From the NCBI GenBank assembly GCA_963740085.1, contig CAVUCU010000001.1:864001-928000 (forward strand): a stretch of 64,000 nt of DNA. Direction: 5' to 3'. The stretch is from Nitrospirota bacterium. Lineage in GTDB: Bacteria; Nitrospirota; UBA9217. This document shows positions 1 to 9,164 of this stretch, one piece after another. The notes beneath the pieces were generated by a model that worked only from the letters and a program-made list of their open reading frames with translations, did no database searches and was not told where the DNA came from. Every line of letters begins with the position of its first letter. Positions within the stretch are counted from its first letter, which is position 1. The position numbers and the translations under genes were made by a program.

Positions 1-219
1 GGCAGACCGATCCTGCTTGGTCCCTCGCGAAAAAAGTTTATCGGAACGATCCTTGGTGTCCCGGCGCCCGATCAGCGCGTTGACGGTACCGCCGCCACGG
101 TGGCCCTCGGGATCGAGCGCGGCGCCAGCGTTCTGCGGGTCCATGACGTGGCGCGTATGGCGCAGGTGGCGAAGGTGACGGATGCAATCGTAAGATCCGT
201 ACAAGGTACAAAGTACTGA
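1..219 (+). CDS. folP: Dihydropteroate synthase, C-terminal part (runs off the window start)
   Basis: Frame 1 translates GRPILLGPSRKKFIG...GASVLRVHDV, with the SRK and RVHDV DHPS motifs. TGA at 217-219. Lies directly before cdaA. Confidence 0.9.
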   Translation, partial: GRPILLGPSRKKFIGTILGVPAPDQRVDGTAATVALGIERGASVLRVHDVARMAQVAKVTDAIVRSVQGTKY

Positions 220-296
220 GTACGAAGTAATGACCCGGACAATCCCTGAAAGACTTTTACCATGAACTCTGAACTTTGTACTCTGTACCCTGTACT
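199..296. repeat. 7-nt-periodic inverted-repeat cassette
   Basis: GTACAAG/GTACAAA/GTACTGA/GTACGAA is opposed by TGAACTC/TGAACTT/TGTACTC/TGTACCC/TGTACTA. Confidence 0.75.
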
Positions 297-308
297 ATTT
301 ATTAACCC

Positions 309-1094
309 ATGACCAACTTCATCGAAATACGCGAGGCCCTGACGCACTATCGCTGGTTCAACGATACAGTGGACATAGCGCTCGTCTACTATATCATCTA
401 CCGGCTGCTGCTCATCATCAAAGGCACGCGCGCCTTCCAGATGCTCATCGGCATCGGACTTATCGTGCTCGTGCTCATCGCGTCGCAGACCTTTGAGTTC
501 TATACCCTCGACTGGCTCATTCAGAGCTTCTGGTCGCAGATCGTGCTCGCTGTCGTGATCCTGTTCCAGCCTGAGATCAGGCGCACCCTGGCCCGGGTCG
601 GCGAACGCCATATGTTCCGATCGCTCTCCGCGGTCGAGGGCTCCAAGTTCATTGAAGAAACGGTCAAGGCCGTCGTCAACATGGCCAACAAAAGGATCGG
701 CGCGCTTATCGTCCTCGAACGCGACACGGACCTTACGACCATTGTGGAGATGGGCACCGAGCTCGATGCCAAGGTCACGAAGGAGATCCTCATAAGCATC
801 TTTCTCCCCTACTCCCCGATCCACGACGGGGCCGCGATCATCCGGAGCGGCAGGCTCATATCAGCCGGGTGCTTTCTGCCGCTCACGCTGTCTTCGAACA
901 TCTCCAAATCGCTTGGTACTCGCCACCGCGCGGCGATAGGCCTCACCGAGGAGACCGATGCCGTCGTGGTGGTCGTGTCAGAGGAGACGGGGGAGATCTC
1001 ACTGGTCGTGAACGGCGCGATCGAGCACAACGAGGATGCGCCTGCACTCAGGAAAATGCTGTCCGATATGTTTGTCAGAAAAAAGGGCCGGTGA
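309..1094 (+). CDS. cdaA: Diadenylate cyclase CdaA (DacA)
   Basis: Three N-terminal TM segments, FQPEIRR, DAC motifs HDGA and GTRHRAA; in cdaA-cdaR-glmM order. Confidence 0.95.
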   Translation: MTNFIEIREALTHYRWFNDTVDIALVYYIIYRLLLIIKGTRAFQMLIGIGLIVLVLIASQTFEFYTLDWLIQSFWSQIVLAVVILFQPEIRRTLARVGERHMFRSLSAVEGSKFIEETVKAVVNMANKRIGALIVLERDTDLTTIVEMGTELDAKVTKEILISIFLPYSPIHDGAAIIRSGRLISAGCFLPLTLSSNISKSLGTRHRAAIGLTEETDAVVVVVSEETGEISLVVNGAIEHNEDAPALRKMLSDMFVRKKGR

Positions 1095-1101
1095 CCGTAC
1101 C

Positions 1102-1758
1102 ATGAAAATGAGAAGCATCGTGTTCGATAACTGGGGCATCAAGCTTGTATCGCTCGGCCTCTCGCTCACGCTCTGGGTCTTTGTCACCTCAAAAGGCAAA
1201 ACCGAGATGACGCTCACGGTGCCGCTCGAACTGCGAAATATTCCCCAGAACATGGCAGTCGTCGGCAATGTTGCAGGGTCCATGGAAGTGCGCATCCAGG
1301 GTCAGGAACGCGCTCTCAGGGACATAACGGTCGGGGATAAGATGGTCGGCATCATCGACCTGTCCATGACGAAGGCCGGAGAAAATCTTGTGCACATCTC
1401 TCCCGACGATATCAAACTTCCGGCAGACGTGAACGTGACGCATATGTCGCTGTCCGAGATCATCGTGAAGCTCGAGCCGCTGGTCCGGAAGACCTTTCGA
1501 TTGGATCCTGTCCTGCACGGTGTTCCCGCGGCCGGACACCGTCTCGCGAAGATCATCGTCATTCCGCCGAGGGTCACGGTTGAAGGGCCGAAGAACCTGA
1601 TGACTGCGTTGAGCCGGCTCCAGACCATGCCGATCGACATCCAGGACGCAAAACAGACCATGACCGTGGAGCCCAAGATCGACTACCAGGGCCAGCCGCT
1701 GAAGCTCCTTGATAAAAATATCGTGATCCGGATAATCATTGAGAGGGTGCATAAATGA
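1102..1758 (+). CDS. cdaR: CdaR / YbbR-domain regulator
   Basis: [16 protein letters not shown] anchor plus beta-rich YbbR-like repeats (PPRVTVEGP); sits between cdaA and glmM. ATG 1102 preferred over the ORF-track start. Confidence 0.85.
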   Translation: MKMRSIVFDNWGIKLVSLGLSLTLWVFVTSKGKTEMTLTVPLELRNIPQNMAVVGNVAGSMEVRIQGQERALRDITVGDKMVGIIDLSMTKAGENLVHISPDDIKLPADVNVTHMSLSEIIVKLEPLVRKTFRLDPVLHGVPAAGHRLAKIIVIPPRVTVEGPKNLMTALSRLQTMPIDIQDAKQTMTVEPKIDYQGQPLKLLDKNIVIRIIIERVHK

Positions 1759-3104
1759 GAAGGCTTTTCGGGACTGACGGCGTGAGGGGCGTGGCGAACC
1801 AGGACCCCATGACCTCGGAGATGGCAATGCGCATCGGCAGGGCGGCGGCGCACGTATTCCGTGATTCGGCCCGCCGGCATCGCATCGTGATCGGCAAGGA
1901 CACCAGGCTTTCCGGATATATGATCGAAAGCGGGCTCACCGCCGGGCTCTGCTCCATGGGCATGGACGTTCTCCTGGTGGGTCCCGTGCCGACGCCGGGG
2001 ATCGCGTTCCTCACGCGCAGCCTCAGGGCGGATGCCGGCGTCGTGGTCTCCGCATCGCATAACCCCTATGAGGACAACGGCATTAAATTCTTCGGCAGGG
2101 ACGGGTTCAAGCTCCCGGACGAGGTCGAGAAGAAGATGGAGGACCTGATCTTCTCCGGCGCCATAGACTCCGTGCGCCCCACGGCCAGCGAGATCGGGAA
2201 GGCCTTCCGGATCGACGACGCGATCGGCAGGTACAACGAGTTCGTGAAATCGTCCATCCCCCGGGGTATGGACCTCTCCGGCCTGCGGGTGGTTGTGGAC
2301 TCCGCAAACGGCGCGGCATACAAGATCGGACCCCGCATCCTGACCGAACTGGGCGCCGATATCCTGTCGCTCCACGACCAGCCGACCGGCTTGAACATTA
2401 ACCAGGGATGCGGTTCGCTCCACCCCGAGGTCATCTGCAGCGCCGTGGTCAAAAACAACGCGCAGATCGGGATCGCCTTTGACGGAGACGCGGACCGGGT
2501 GATCCTGTGCGATGAGAACGGCGTCGTGATCGACGGCGATGCGGTCATGGCGATCTGCGCTCTCCACATGATGAAACACGGCAGGCTCAGGCACAACACG
2601 CTCGTGGCCACGGTCATGAGCAATCTCGGGCTGGAACTGGCAATGCAGCAGGCGGGCGGCAAACTCGTCCGGGCTGCCGTCGGCGACCGGTATGTCATGG
2701 AAAAAATGATCGAGGGGGGCTTCAACCTCGGCGGGGAGCAGTCGGGCCACCTCATCTTCCTGGACCACAATACCACGGGCGACGGCCTCATCACCGCGCT
2801 CCAGGTTTTCACGATCCTGAAGCAGACCGATAAACCGCTGTCGGAGCTGGCTGCCTCCATGAAGACGTATCCCCAGATACTCGTGAACGTAAAGGTGAAG
2901 GAGCGGAAAGACCTCGAATCGATCCCCGAGATCGTAAAGCGGATGACCGAGATCGAAAAGAAGCTCGACGGCACCGGCCGCCTGCTCGTTCGTTACTCCG
3001 GCACCGAGCCCAAGGTGCGGGTGATGATCGAGGGCGAGGACCAGAATGAGATCAAGACGCTTGCCGAGGGCCTTGCGGGGATCATCAAGGAGAAGCTGGG
3101 GTAA
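1755..3104 (+). CDS. glmM: Phosphoglucosamine mutase
   Basis: [27 protein letters not shown] and RYSGTEP motifs. Confidence 0.97.
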   Translation: MRRLFGTDGVRGVANQDPMTSEMAMRIGRAAAHVFRDSARRHRIVIGKDTRLSGYMIESGLTAGLCSMGMDVLLVGPVPTPGIAFLTRSLRADAGVVVSASHNPYEDNGIKFFGRDGFKLPDEVEKKMEDLIFSGAIDSVRPTASEIGKAFRIDDAIGRYNEFVKSSIPRGMDLSGLRVVVDSANGAAYKIGPRILTELGADILSLHDQPTGLNINQGCGSLHPEVICSAVVKNNAQIGIAFDGDADRVILCDENGVVIDGDAVMAICALHMMKHGRLRHNTLVATVMSNLGLELAMQQAGGKLVRAAVGDRYVMEKMIEGGFNLGGEQSGHLIFLDHNTTGDGLITALQVFTILKQTDKPLSELAASMKTYPQILVNVKVKERKDLESIPEIVKRMTEIEKKLDGTGRLLVRYSGTEPKVRVMIEGEDQNEIKTLAEGLAGIIKEKLG

Positions 3105-3256
3105 ATAACAGATAAAAGATGCGCCACCACGAACGTGTTTGTTTATCAACACTCTCCCCTCGGAGGGAACTTTCTGATGTCGGCACTTATTTTTATAAAG
3201 AGAATGTCACCCACCATACCCGACAATGCCCCAAAAATACTCTCCAAACGTTCGCC

Positions 3257-3802
3257 ATGGATAGAATGATATCCTCATACCGCATGATTCGCGTGGTCAT
3301 CGTAGCGCTCATCCTTGCCCTGCCGGGATGCGTATACACGAAACTGATGACCACGCAGCTGGAGAAGCCGACCTTTACCTACACGGGAGCCGAACTGGTC
3401 GAAACCTCGCAAGGCGGGGTAATCATGAACTTCCTGTTCTCCGCGCATAACCCAAATGAGGCAGGATTGAAAGACGTAATCTGCTCGTATGAGCTTTTTG
3501 TGGAAAAGAAAAAGTTTCTGACGGGAAGGAATATTCCTCTGGAGCTCAATCCGAAAGGCGACACCGAGATCAAGGTCCCCGCAGAGATCGCGTACGCAGA
3601 CCTCTATCCCGTTCTGGGGTCCATCGTAAGGCGGATATTATCCGGCCAGAAGACAATACCCATCACCATCGACGCCGTCTTTTCCGGAAGACCTGCGCTC
3701 TATATCGAAGCGGGAAAAGAGACCCCGATTTCCTTCGAGAGAAGATTGGTCAAGACCGCCGACATTCCTTTGCAGCAGGAGAGAATAAACAAGCGACAAT
3801 GA
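3257..3802 (+). CDS. LEA_2/WHy-like lipoprotein
   Basis: Lipobox-like LALPGC and an NPN motif (AHNPNEAG). Start uncertain (3257 or 3284). Confidence 0.65.
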   Translation: MDRMISSYRMIRVVIVALILALPGCVYTKLMTTQLEKPTFTYTGAELVETSQGGVIMNFLFSAHNPNEAGLKDVICSYELFVEKKKFLTGRNIPLELNPKGDTEIKVPAEIAYADLYPVLGSIVRRILSGQKTIPITIDAVFSGRPALYIEAGKETPISFERRLVKTADIPLQQERINKRQ

Positions 3803-3918
3803 AGAAATTCGCTGTTTATTGCGGCAGGTAAACAAGAAAGCCGAATGCGCTTAATAACATCAGTGCCTCTGTTCCCCCTTATGTAAACCGTGAAATGGAA
3901 TGTGACCCGTTCAAACTG

Positions 3919-4188
3919 ATGAAGTCGATAGCCGTCCTCGGGATCGTCATTTGCTGCGCTTGCAGTGGTGGCGGCGCCACCCGCATTCTGTACGGGACGC
4001 TGACCGAAAACAATGAAGTGAACAGCTAAGGATCTGCGATCTTCTTCATCTCCAACGACCATACCGGCACGCTTCACCTAGAGGATCCGGTGATAAGCCA
4101 CAATCTCGGCGGGTCCTGGTACGAGTTGCCTGGGATCTCGATGCACAGCGATACGAACCGAGAGATCATCAACTCGACCATCGAGTAG
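3919..4188 (+). pseudogene. Relic of a secreted (lipo)protein with an internal stop
   Basis: MKSIAVLGIVICCACSGGG...NNEVNS*GSAIFFISNDHTGTLHLEDPVISHNLGGSWY...STIE*: a signal-like N-terminus, TAA at 4027-4029, then a protein-like C-terminus in the same frame. Confidence 0.45.
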
Positions 4189-4381
4189 TCGAGGGGATTG
4201 ACAAAATAATATGAATAACACCTGGCCGTTGATCATTGCAGCCGCCGTGTAAAGCGAATTGTTCTGTATCGGGCTGTTTTCGATCGACTAAGATGCTTTT
4301 TTGTTTTTACCTGCAACTTTTATATCATTTCTGTATTCCCTAAATATACTCAATGTATGTTGTCCGCTCCTTCCTGATCTT

Positions 4382-4390
4382 TGCTATACT
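4382..4390 (+). promoter_or_regulatory. Extended -10 promoter upstream of the riboswitch
   Basis: TGcTATACT about 35 nt before the aptamer. Confidence 0.45.
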
Positions 4391-4424
4391 TTAATCATTC
4401 GTTCGCGGTTTTCCTCATGAGTGG

Positions 4425-4508
4425 ACCCTGATAAAGCCAAACCCCTTGCGAGAGGGGGGCGGAAAGCGGCGGATCTTAGAGTACCAAGATGGCCGAGCTG
4501 CCGAAGGA
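4425..4508 (+). ncRNA. c-di-GMP-I (GEMM-I) riboswitch
   Basis: GATAAAGCCAAACC-CCTT-GCGA-GAGGGG-GGCGGAAAGC...CGGATCTT/AAGATGGCCG...GCTGCCGA matches the GEMM-I layout (AAACC, GNRA-capped P2, GGAAAG junction, terminal GCCGA). Confidence 0.85.
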
Positions 4509-4627
4509 TGATATCAAAGGCGGACCCAGCTTTTTTTGCGGGATCGTGGTGGCTGAAACAAGTTGTCCTCATCGTGAGCATAAATGTGGCGCACTAGCAC
4601 ATGATAGATCGGAAAGGAGGGACCGTA

Positions 4628-4921
4628 ATGGCAACTCATATCGTTTTGATGAAGATGACGGATCAGGGAATCAAGGACGTCAAGAATGCACCACAGCGAA
4701 TTGATGCAGCCTCGAAGGCCATTGAAGCAATAGGGGGCAAGATGACGGGCTTCTACTTCACGTTGGGTGAGTATGATTACATAGCCATCGTCGAAGGACT
4801 CTCTGACGAAGCCGGTGCGTCTTTCCTGCTGAAATTAGGATCGGCGGGGAACACCAGAACAACGACGCTAAAAGCATTCACGAAGAGTGAGTTTGCTGGG
4901 ATGGTTAAGAAGCTTTCTTAG
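4628..4921 (+). CDS. GYD-domain protein
   Basis: FYFTLGEYDYIAIVE and GNTRTTTLKAF motifs; RBS AAGGAGG at 4614-4620. Confidence 0.88.
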   Translation: MATHIVLMKMTDQGIKDVKNAPQRIDAASKAIEAIGGKMTGFYFTLGEYDYIAIVEGLSDEAGASFLLKLGSAGNTRTTTLKAFTKSEFAGMVKKLS

Positions 4922-5282
4922 CCTCGCCGGTGAGAATAAGGAGTGGAAAAGGCAATGTATCCGAATTCTAGTGCGCCACGCTTGAATATCTTTCATTGAC
5001 CTTTACGATCAGCGAAGTCGTAAAGAATGCTCGTTGCAGTTTTCAGTAAGGGATCACCAGGCGATGTTGTTTCTCTCTGTGCTTTCTTAAGGCAGGTTGA
5101 TTTTGAAATGCGGGTTTGTGCGATTTCTTCCCTTTCGGGATATGATAAAATAGCAAATAAAATGGTTTCCTGTACTTTGACAATCTATTCTCGGCATCAC
5201 GATCCAGGTGGGCACGTCGACGGGCACTTGAAGGTCAAAGAAGACGACCCGTCATCTTCTCCGATCCATCAATATCTCCGAT

Positions 5283-5921
5283 GTGGGCTCACGGGAGTTG
5301 AAACCCTTGGAAACGACAACCATTACTGCGCTGCTTATCGAAGACGACCCCGATGATGCCGCACTCATCGAAAGGTATCTCAATTCTTTCCGGAATATCA
5401 AATACAATGTGATCCACGTCGGGAGGCTCGCTGTCGGCCTGGAAAGTCTGAAACGCATCCTTTTTGACGTCATCCTGCTGGACCTCGCGCTCCCGGACGG
5501 CCCGCTGGGCATCAAGACCTTTGAAACGGTCTATGCTCATGCACCCCATATACCGATCATCGTCCTGACCGGCCACGACGATGATGATCAGGCCGTCGAG
5601 GCGGTCCACAAGGGCGCACAGGACTATTTAGTGAAAGGCCTGGTCACCGGCCCGGCGCTGGGACGTGCAATTCGTTACGCCATCGAGCGCAGGAAATTGC
5701 TCACCCAGCTCGAAGATTCTTTGAAGGAAATCAAACTCCTGCGGGGGTTTCTTCCCATCTGTGTGCGTTGCAAGAAGATCCGTGATGACAAGGGCTACTG
5801 GACGCAGGTGGAGGTCTATATCAGAAAGCATGCAGAAGTGGAATTTTCCCACGGGATCTGTCCGGAATGCGCACAGGCACTCTATCCGGATTTATTTATC
5901 GAAGACGACGAACCGAAATAA
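5283..5921 (+). CDS. Response regulator (REC) with a C-terminal Cys4 domain
   Basis: LLIEDD, ILLD, VLTG, QDYLVK; C-terminal PICVRCKKIRDDKGYW...FSHGICPEC. Confidence 0.9.
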   Translation: MGSRELKPLETTTITALLIEDDPDDAALIERYLNSFRNIKYNVIHVGRLAVGLESLKRILFDVILLDLALPDGPLGIKTFETVYAHAPHIPIIVLTGHDDDDQAVEAVHKGAQDYLVKGLVTGPALGRAIRYAIERRKLLTQLEDSLKEIKLLRGFLPICVRCKKIRDDKGYWTQVEVYIRKHAEVEFSHGICPECAQALYPDLFIEDDEPK

Positions 5922-5958
5922 GCATCTTTCATTATCTTCTTAATTCTTGCCGGCGGGG

Positions 5959-6064
5959 TTTCCTTCGAAAGAAGGCCCGGTTAAGACCTTTGAGATTTCC
6001 ATTGCAGGAGGAGAGAAGAAACAATGGACAATGAAGAAATTCGGTTGTATTTTATAGCAGCAGG
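5959..6064 (+). repeat. Degenerate copy of the 3' end and downstream flank of the LEA gene (3729-3828)
   Basis: TTTCCTTCGAaAGAAG..GGTtAAGACC..GAgATT..TTGCAGgAGGAGAGAAgAAACAA..GACAATGAAGAAATTCG aligns with 3729-3828. Confidence 0.8.
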
Positions 6065-6168
6065 ATCCGATCGCGTTTTCCTCCATTGCAGGGGGGATGG
6101 TCGGTCGGCACGGCGGGCACTCCATGTACCTTACCGCCTTTCTTGGAGATACCGCAAGGATCGTAGTA

Positions 6169-7380
6169 ATGAAAAAGACCGTATTCTCTCCTAAATTCTT
6201 CTGTTCCCTCGTTGCGTTCAGCATATTTATTCTTCAGTCATGCAGCCCTGTGGTCCACACAGAATTTAAAAAAGGCGCGCTCATTGAGGAGCGGCCGACC
6301 GGCAAGCTCGTCGAACTGGAAAGTACCGCATACCTTGAAGTGACCTCTCCTCTGACCGTGAAGGTATACGAGATTGTCCAGGTTGCCGACGAATTCTCTC
6401 AGACCCATGAAAAGATAAAGCTGGAAGTTACGAAAAGTCCATTTACCAAATGGGGTAAATATCACTATGACCCGCGGTACAACTACGTGTGCGGTGGCAA
6501 GTTTACCTGCAGATCATCCATCGTCAAGGATGATCCTATAAAGGACATCCGGTATGAAAATATAAACAACAAAAAGCGTGTCATTACCTCGGGAACTGTA
6601 CGGGCAATGATCGACGGTTCTTATGCTCAGGACCTGCCGATCGATCCGGACGGTACCGCCTCGGTCAGTGTTGAAAAATTCTTTGATGTTTTGCCAAAGG
6701 GCCAGGATGTCAATGTTGAGTATTCTTATAAATCGGGGTCCGCGCAGTCGGTCGTCGCATGGCCTGAGGTTGAGAAAACGGCACGTACATTACTGCCCGA
6801 GTACAGAAGACGCGGGGCAGCGAACAGAACGGCGGCAGACTATATCACTGCTTTTAGGATCTCTGACGATCCGTCAGACCTCAAAGAGGCGTATAAATAT
6901 GCGGCAAGCGAATCCGAAAAAGCAGAAATCAAAAAGATCGCGGAAATACACGGCGAGAAACGCGATCGTACGCGCTTCGAGCAGGCGAAAGATAACGGCA
7001 AACTGGACAAGTTCATCAAGAAATATCCGAACAGCAGTTACCTCGTCCAGGCTGAGTACTTATTTCACCTGGACAAAGATTGCAACGGGTCAGTCATCAC
7101 GTTAAGCAAATTCAATATTCGCCTCGACAAGGGTAAGTGCGTGATGATCGTGGCGACAAAAGTCCAGACGACCTCTAAAAACTCCGGTCTCTTCAAAACT
7201 TATTTTACGTGGACCGGCGACGAGCATGATCTTTTTTATATTGAATTTCCCTCAGACTATGGTGAAGATCAGGTCCAGGCGCTCGCGAAGATAAAAGGTG
7301 TTTTTAACTATACGACGATGTTCGGCACTCATAACTCGGTGCCGCATTTACGCTTCTTGGCACAAATGCCGGAAGATTGA
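6169..7380 (+). CDS. Hypothetical lipoprotein
   Basis: MKKT.. signal peptide with ILQSC lipobox, KKYPNSSY motif, and an OB-fold-like C-terminus (GVFNYTTMFG..SVP). Confidence 0.7.
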   Translation: MKKTVFSPKFFCSLVAFSIFILQSCSPVVHTEFKKGALIEERPTGKLVELESTAYLEVTSPLTVKVYEIVQVADEFSQTHEKIKLEVTKSPFTKWGKYHYDPRYNYVCGGKFTCRSSIVKDDPIKDIRYENINNKKRVITSGTVRAMIDGSYAQDLPIDPDGTASVSVEKFFDVLPKGQDVNVEYSYKSGSAQSVVAWPEVEKTARTLLPEYRRRGAANRTAADYITAFRISDDPSDLKEAYKYAASESEKAEIKKIAEIHGEKRDRTRFEQAKDNGKLDKFIKKYPNSSYLVQAEYLFHLDKDCNGSVITLSKFNIRLDKGKCVMIVATKVQTTSKNSGLFKTYFTWTGDEHDLFYIEFPSDYGEDQVQALAKIKGVFNYTTMFGTHNSVPHLRFLAQMPED

Positions 7381-7583
7381 ATGAAGGAATTCGATCGCAT
7401 AAAGCGGCGGACAACTCCCGGTATTCGCTGAAGACTTCATTCTTTAAAACCCGTCGAGCTGCAAACTGTAATTGACATGCTTTTTGTAAACTAATTGATA
7501 TCATTTCGCTTGAATCATTTCGCTAAATCCTTGCCAACGTGCCTGATTTGTAGTACGCTTTTCGCACGAGGAGCCTCGAATAT

Positions 7584-8003
7584 ATGAACAAGAGCGCGAT
7601 GACGCTTAAATGGTTATTGCTCACCGGAGCGATCTACTTCCTGGCGGTGTCAATCGTACATATGCTGGGGATCAAGGTACCGCTGCTCTTCGTTTATTAC
7701 ACCGTGCCCTCCTATGGATACCAGGACAGGATCATTTCCTTTTTGTCTTTCGGTTGGTCGGTCTTTTTGTTTACGGCCTCTCGCGATCCCGTGAAGAACC
7801 GTGAAGCAGTCAAGGCGGTACTCATCGCCGGCCTTGCCGCGATCTTCGGTCTGAATGTAATAAATAGCGTCACTGATTTTCATGGGTTGTCGCCAGATAT
7901 TCATCCCCTGGTATTCCAGATAGAAACGCTTGGGCTGAGCATATACGAGGCTGCATTGATCTTTTTTTATTTTCTCTCAAAAAGACAGGACGCGGACCGG
8001 TAG
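7584..8003 (+). CDS. Hypothetical membrane protein (4 TM)
   Basis: Four hydrophobic segments, VPSYGYQDRIISF loop, GAGGAG RBS. Confidence 0.75.
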   Translation: MNKSAMTLKWLLLTGAIYFLAVSIVHMLGIKVPLLFVYYTVPSYGYQDRIISFLSFGWSVFLFTASRDPVKNREAVKAVLIAGLAAIFGLNVINSVTDFHGLSPDIHPLVFQIETLGLSIYEAALIFFYFLSKRQDADR

Positions 8004-8113
8004 CCGGTTCTTCTTGTCTCCGTTGAAGTTTCCACTCGTGGAACAGGTTTTCCAGCGGGCGCCGAACGGTTTATTTTGCATCAAAAAAGGTGTCTGCGGA
8101 ACTTTGTAAATCA

Positions 8114-8143
8114 TTGCACATTTCACCTGGAACTTGTTATAAT
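8114..8143 (+). promoter_or_regulatory. Sigma70 promoter, probably giving a leaderless mRNA
   Basis: TTGCAC ... TGtTATAAT ends 8 nt before ATG 8152; no SD sequence. Confidence 0.6.
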
Positions 8144-8151
8144 CATCTGCC

Positions 8152-8982
8152 ATGAAGACAAAGATCGACCAACTGATCGCCAAACTTGACCGTGTCCTGG
8201 ACCGCTACCTGGCGGACGATACTGACGTAACGAGCTTTTCGACGCATCAGGCATTTCGTTGGGATGGTGCGCGCAGGGCGATTAAGCCGCTCTCGCGACC
8301 GGTGCGTATCCATCCGGGCCACCTGATCGGGATCGATGCCATCAAGCATGAGGTCCTTCGGAACACGAAGAGTTTTGTGCATGGCGGAAAAGCGAACAAT
8401 GTCCTGTTGTGGGGAGAGAGGGGTACGGGCAAGTCTTCTCTTATAAAGTCGTTGCTGACCGTCTTCAAAAAGACTCCGCTCCGGATGATCCAGATCTACC
8501 GGCATGACATTCTGTCCATCACTTCCCTGTTCGATATGATCGCCGGCCATCGGTCCTCTCGTTTTATTTTGTTCATCGACGATCTCTCTTTTGAGGAAAG
8601 TCAGACCGATTACAAAGAAATGAAAACCATCATGGACGGTGGGCTCGAGGAAATTCCGGACAATGTCCTGTTTTATGCGACCTCGAACAGGAAGCACCTG
8701 ATCCCGACCCTGTTTTCCGACAATACCGGCGACGAAACCCGGCCCTCGGATACTGTTGAGGAAAAGATCTCCCTCGCGGACCGCTTCGGACTCAGTTTCG
8801 GATTTTATCATTTTTCTCAGGATACATACCTGAAGATATCCGCCTTCTATGCAGCAAAGTACGGAGTTCCTGCAACCGGGAAACAGCTGGAACAGATGGC
8901 GATTCGCTGGGCGCTTGAGGCCGGCAGCAAGAACGGACGAACCGCAGAGCAGTTTGCGAAGAATGCTGCTGTCAGGGACTGA
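8152..8982 (+). CDS. AAA+ ATPase, DUF815 family
   Basis: ANNVLLWGERGTGKSS, FIDDLSFE, YATSNRKHL, EEKISLADRFGL. Confidence 0.92.
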   Translation: MKTKIDQLIAKLDRVLDRYLADDTDVTSFSTHQAFRWDGARRAIKPLSRPVRIHPGHLIGIDAIKHEVLRNTKSFVHGGKANNVLLWGERGTGKSSLIKSLLTVFKKTPLRMIQIYRHDILSITSLFDMIAGHRSSRFILFIDDLSFEESQTDYKEMKTIMDGGLEEIPDNVLFYATSNRKHLIPTLFSDNTGDETRPSDTVEEKISLADRFGLSFGFYHFSQDTYLKISAFYAAKYGVPATGKQLEQMAIRWALEAGSKNGRTAEQFAKNAAVRD

Positions 8983-9164
8983 GCACTTCCTGGAGATGCA
9001 ATCGCCGTCCGCTCTTACGTTTCCGGCAGGCTCAAGCGTGCGCATATATCGACCTGTATTTGTCAGTTCTCCCGATTACCCAAAAGCAGACCATAGCGGG
9101 TGATGGTTTCAACTGGACCTATTTTGACATACGCCAATGTTTTCTGGCATAACCATGCAACCCC

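Noticed and set aside
309-4508. Functional link between cdaA (c-di-AMP) and the nearby riboswitch
   Set aside because: The RNA matches GEMM-I, not the ydaO c-di-AMP class, and the cdaA-cdaR-glmM operon is an ordinary conserved unit.
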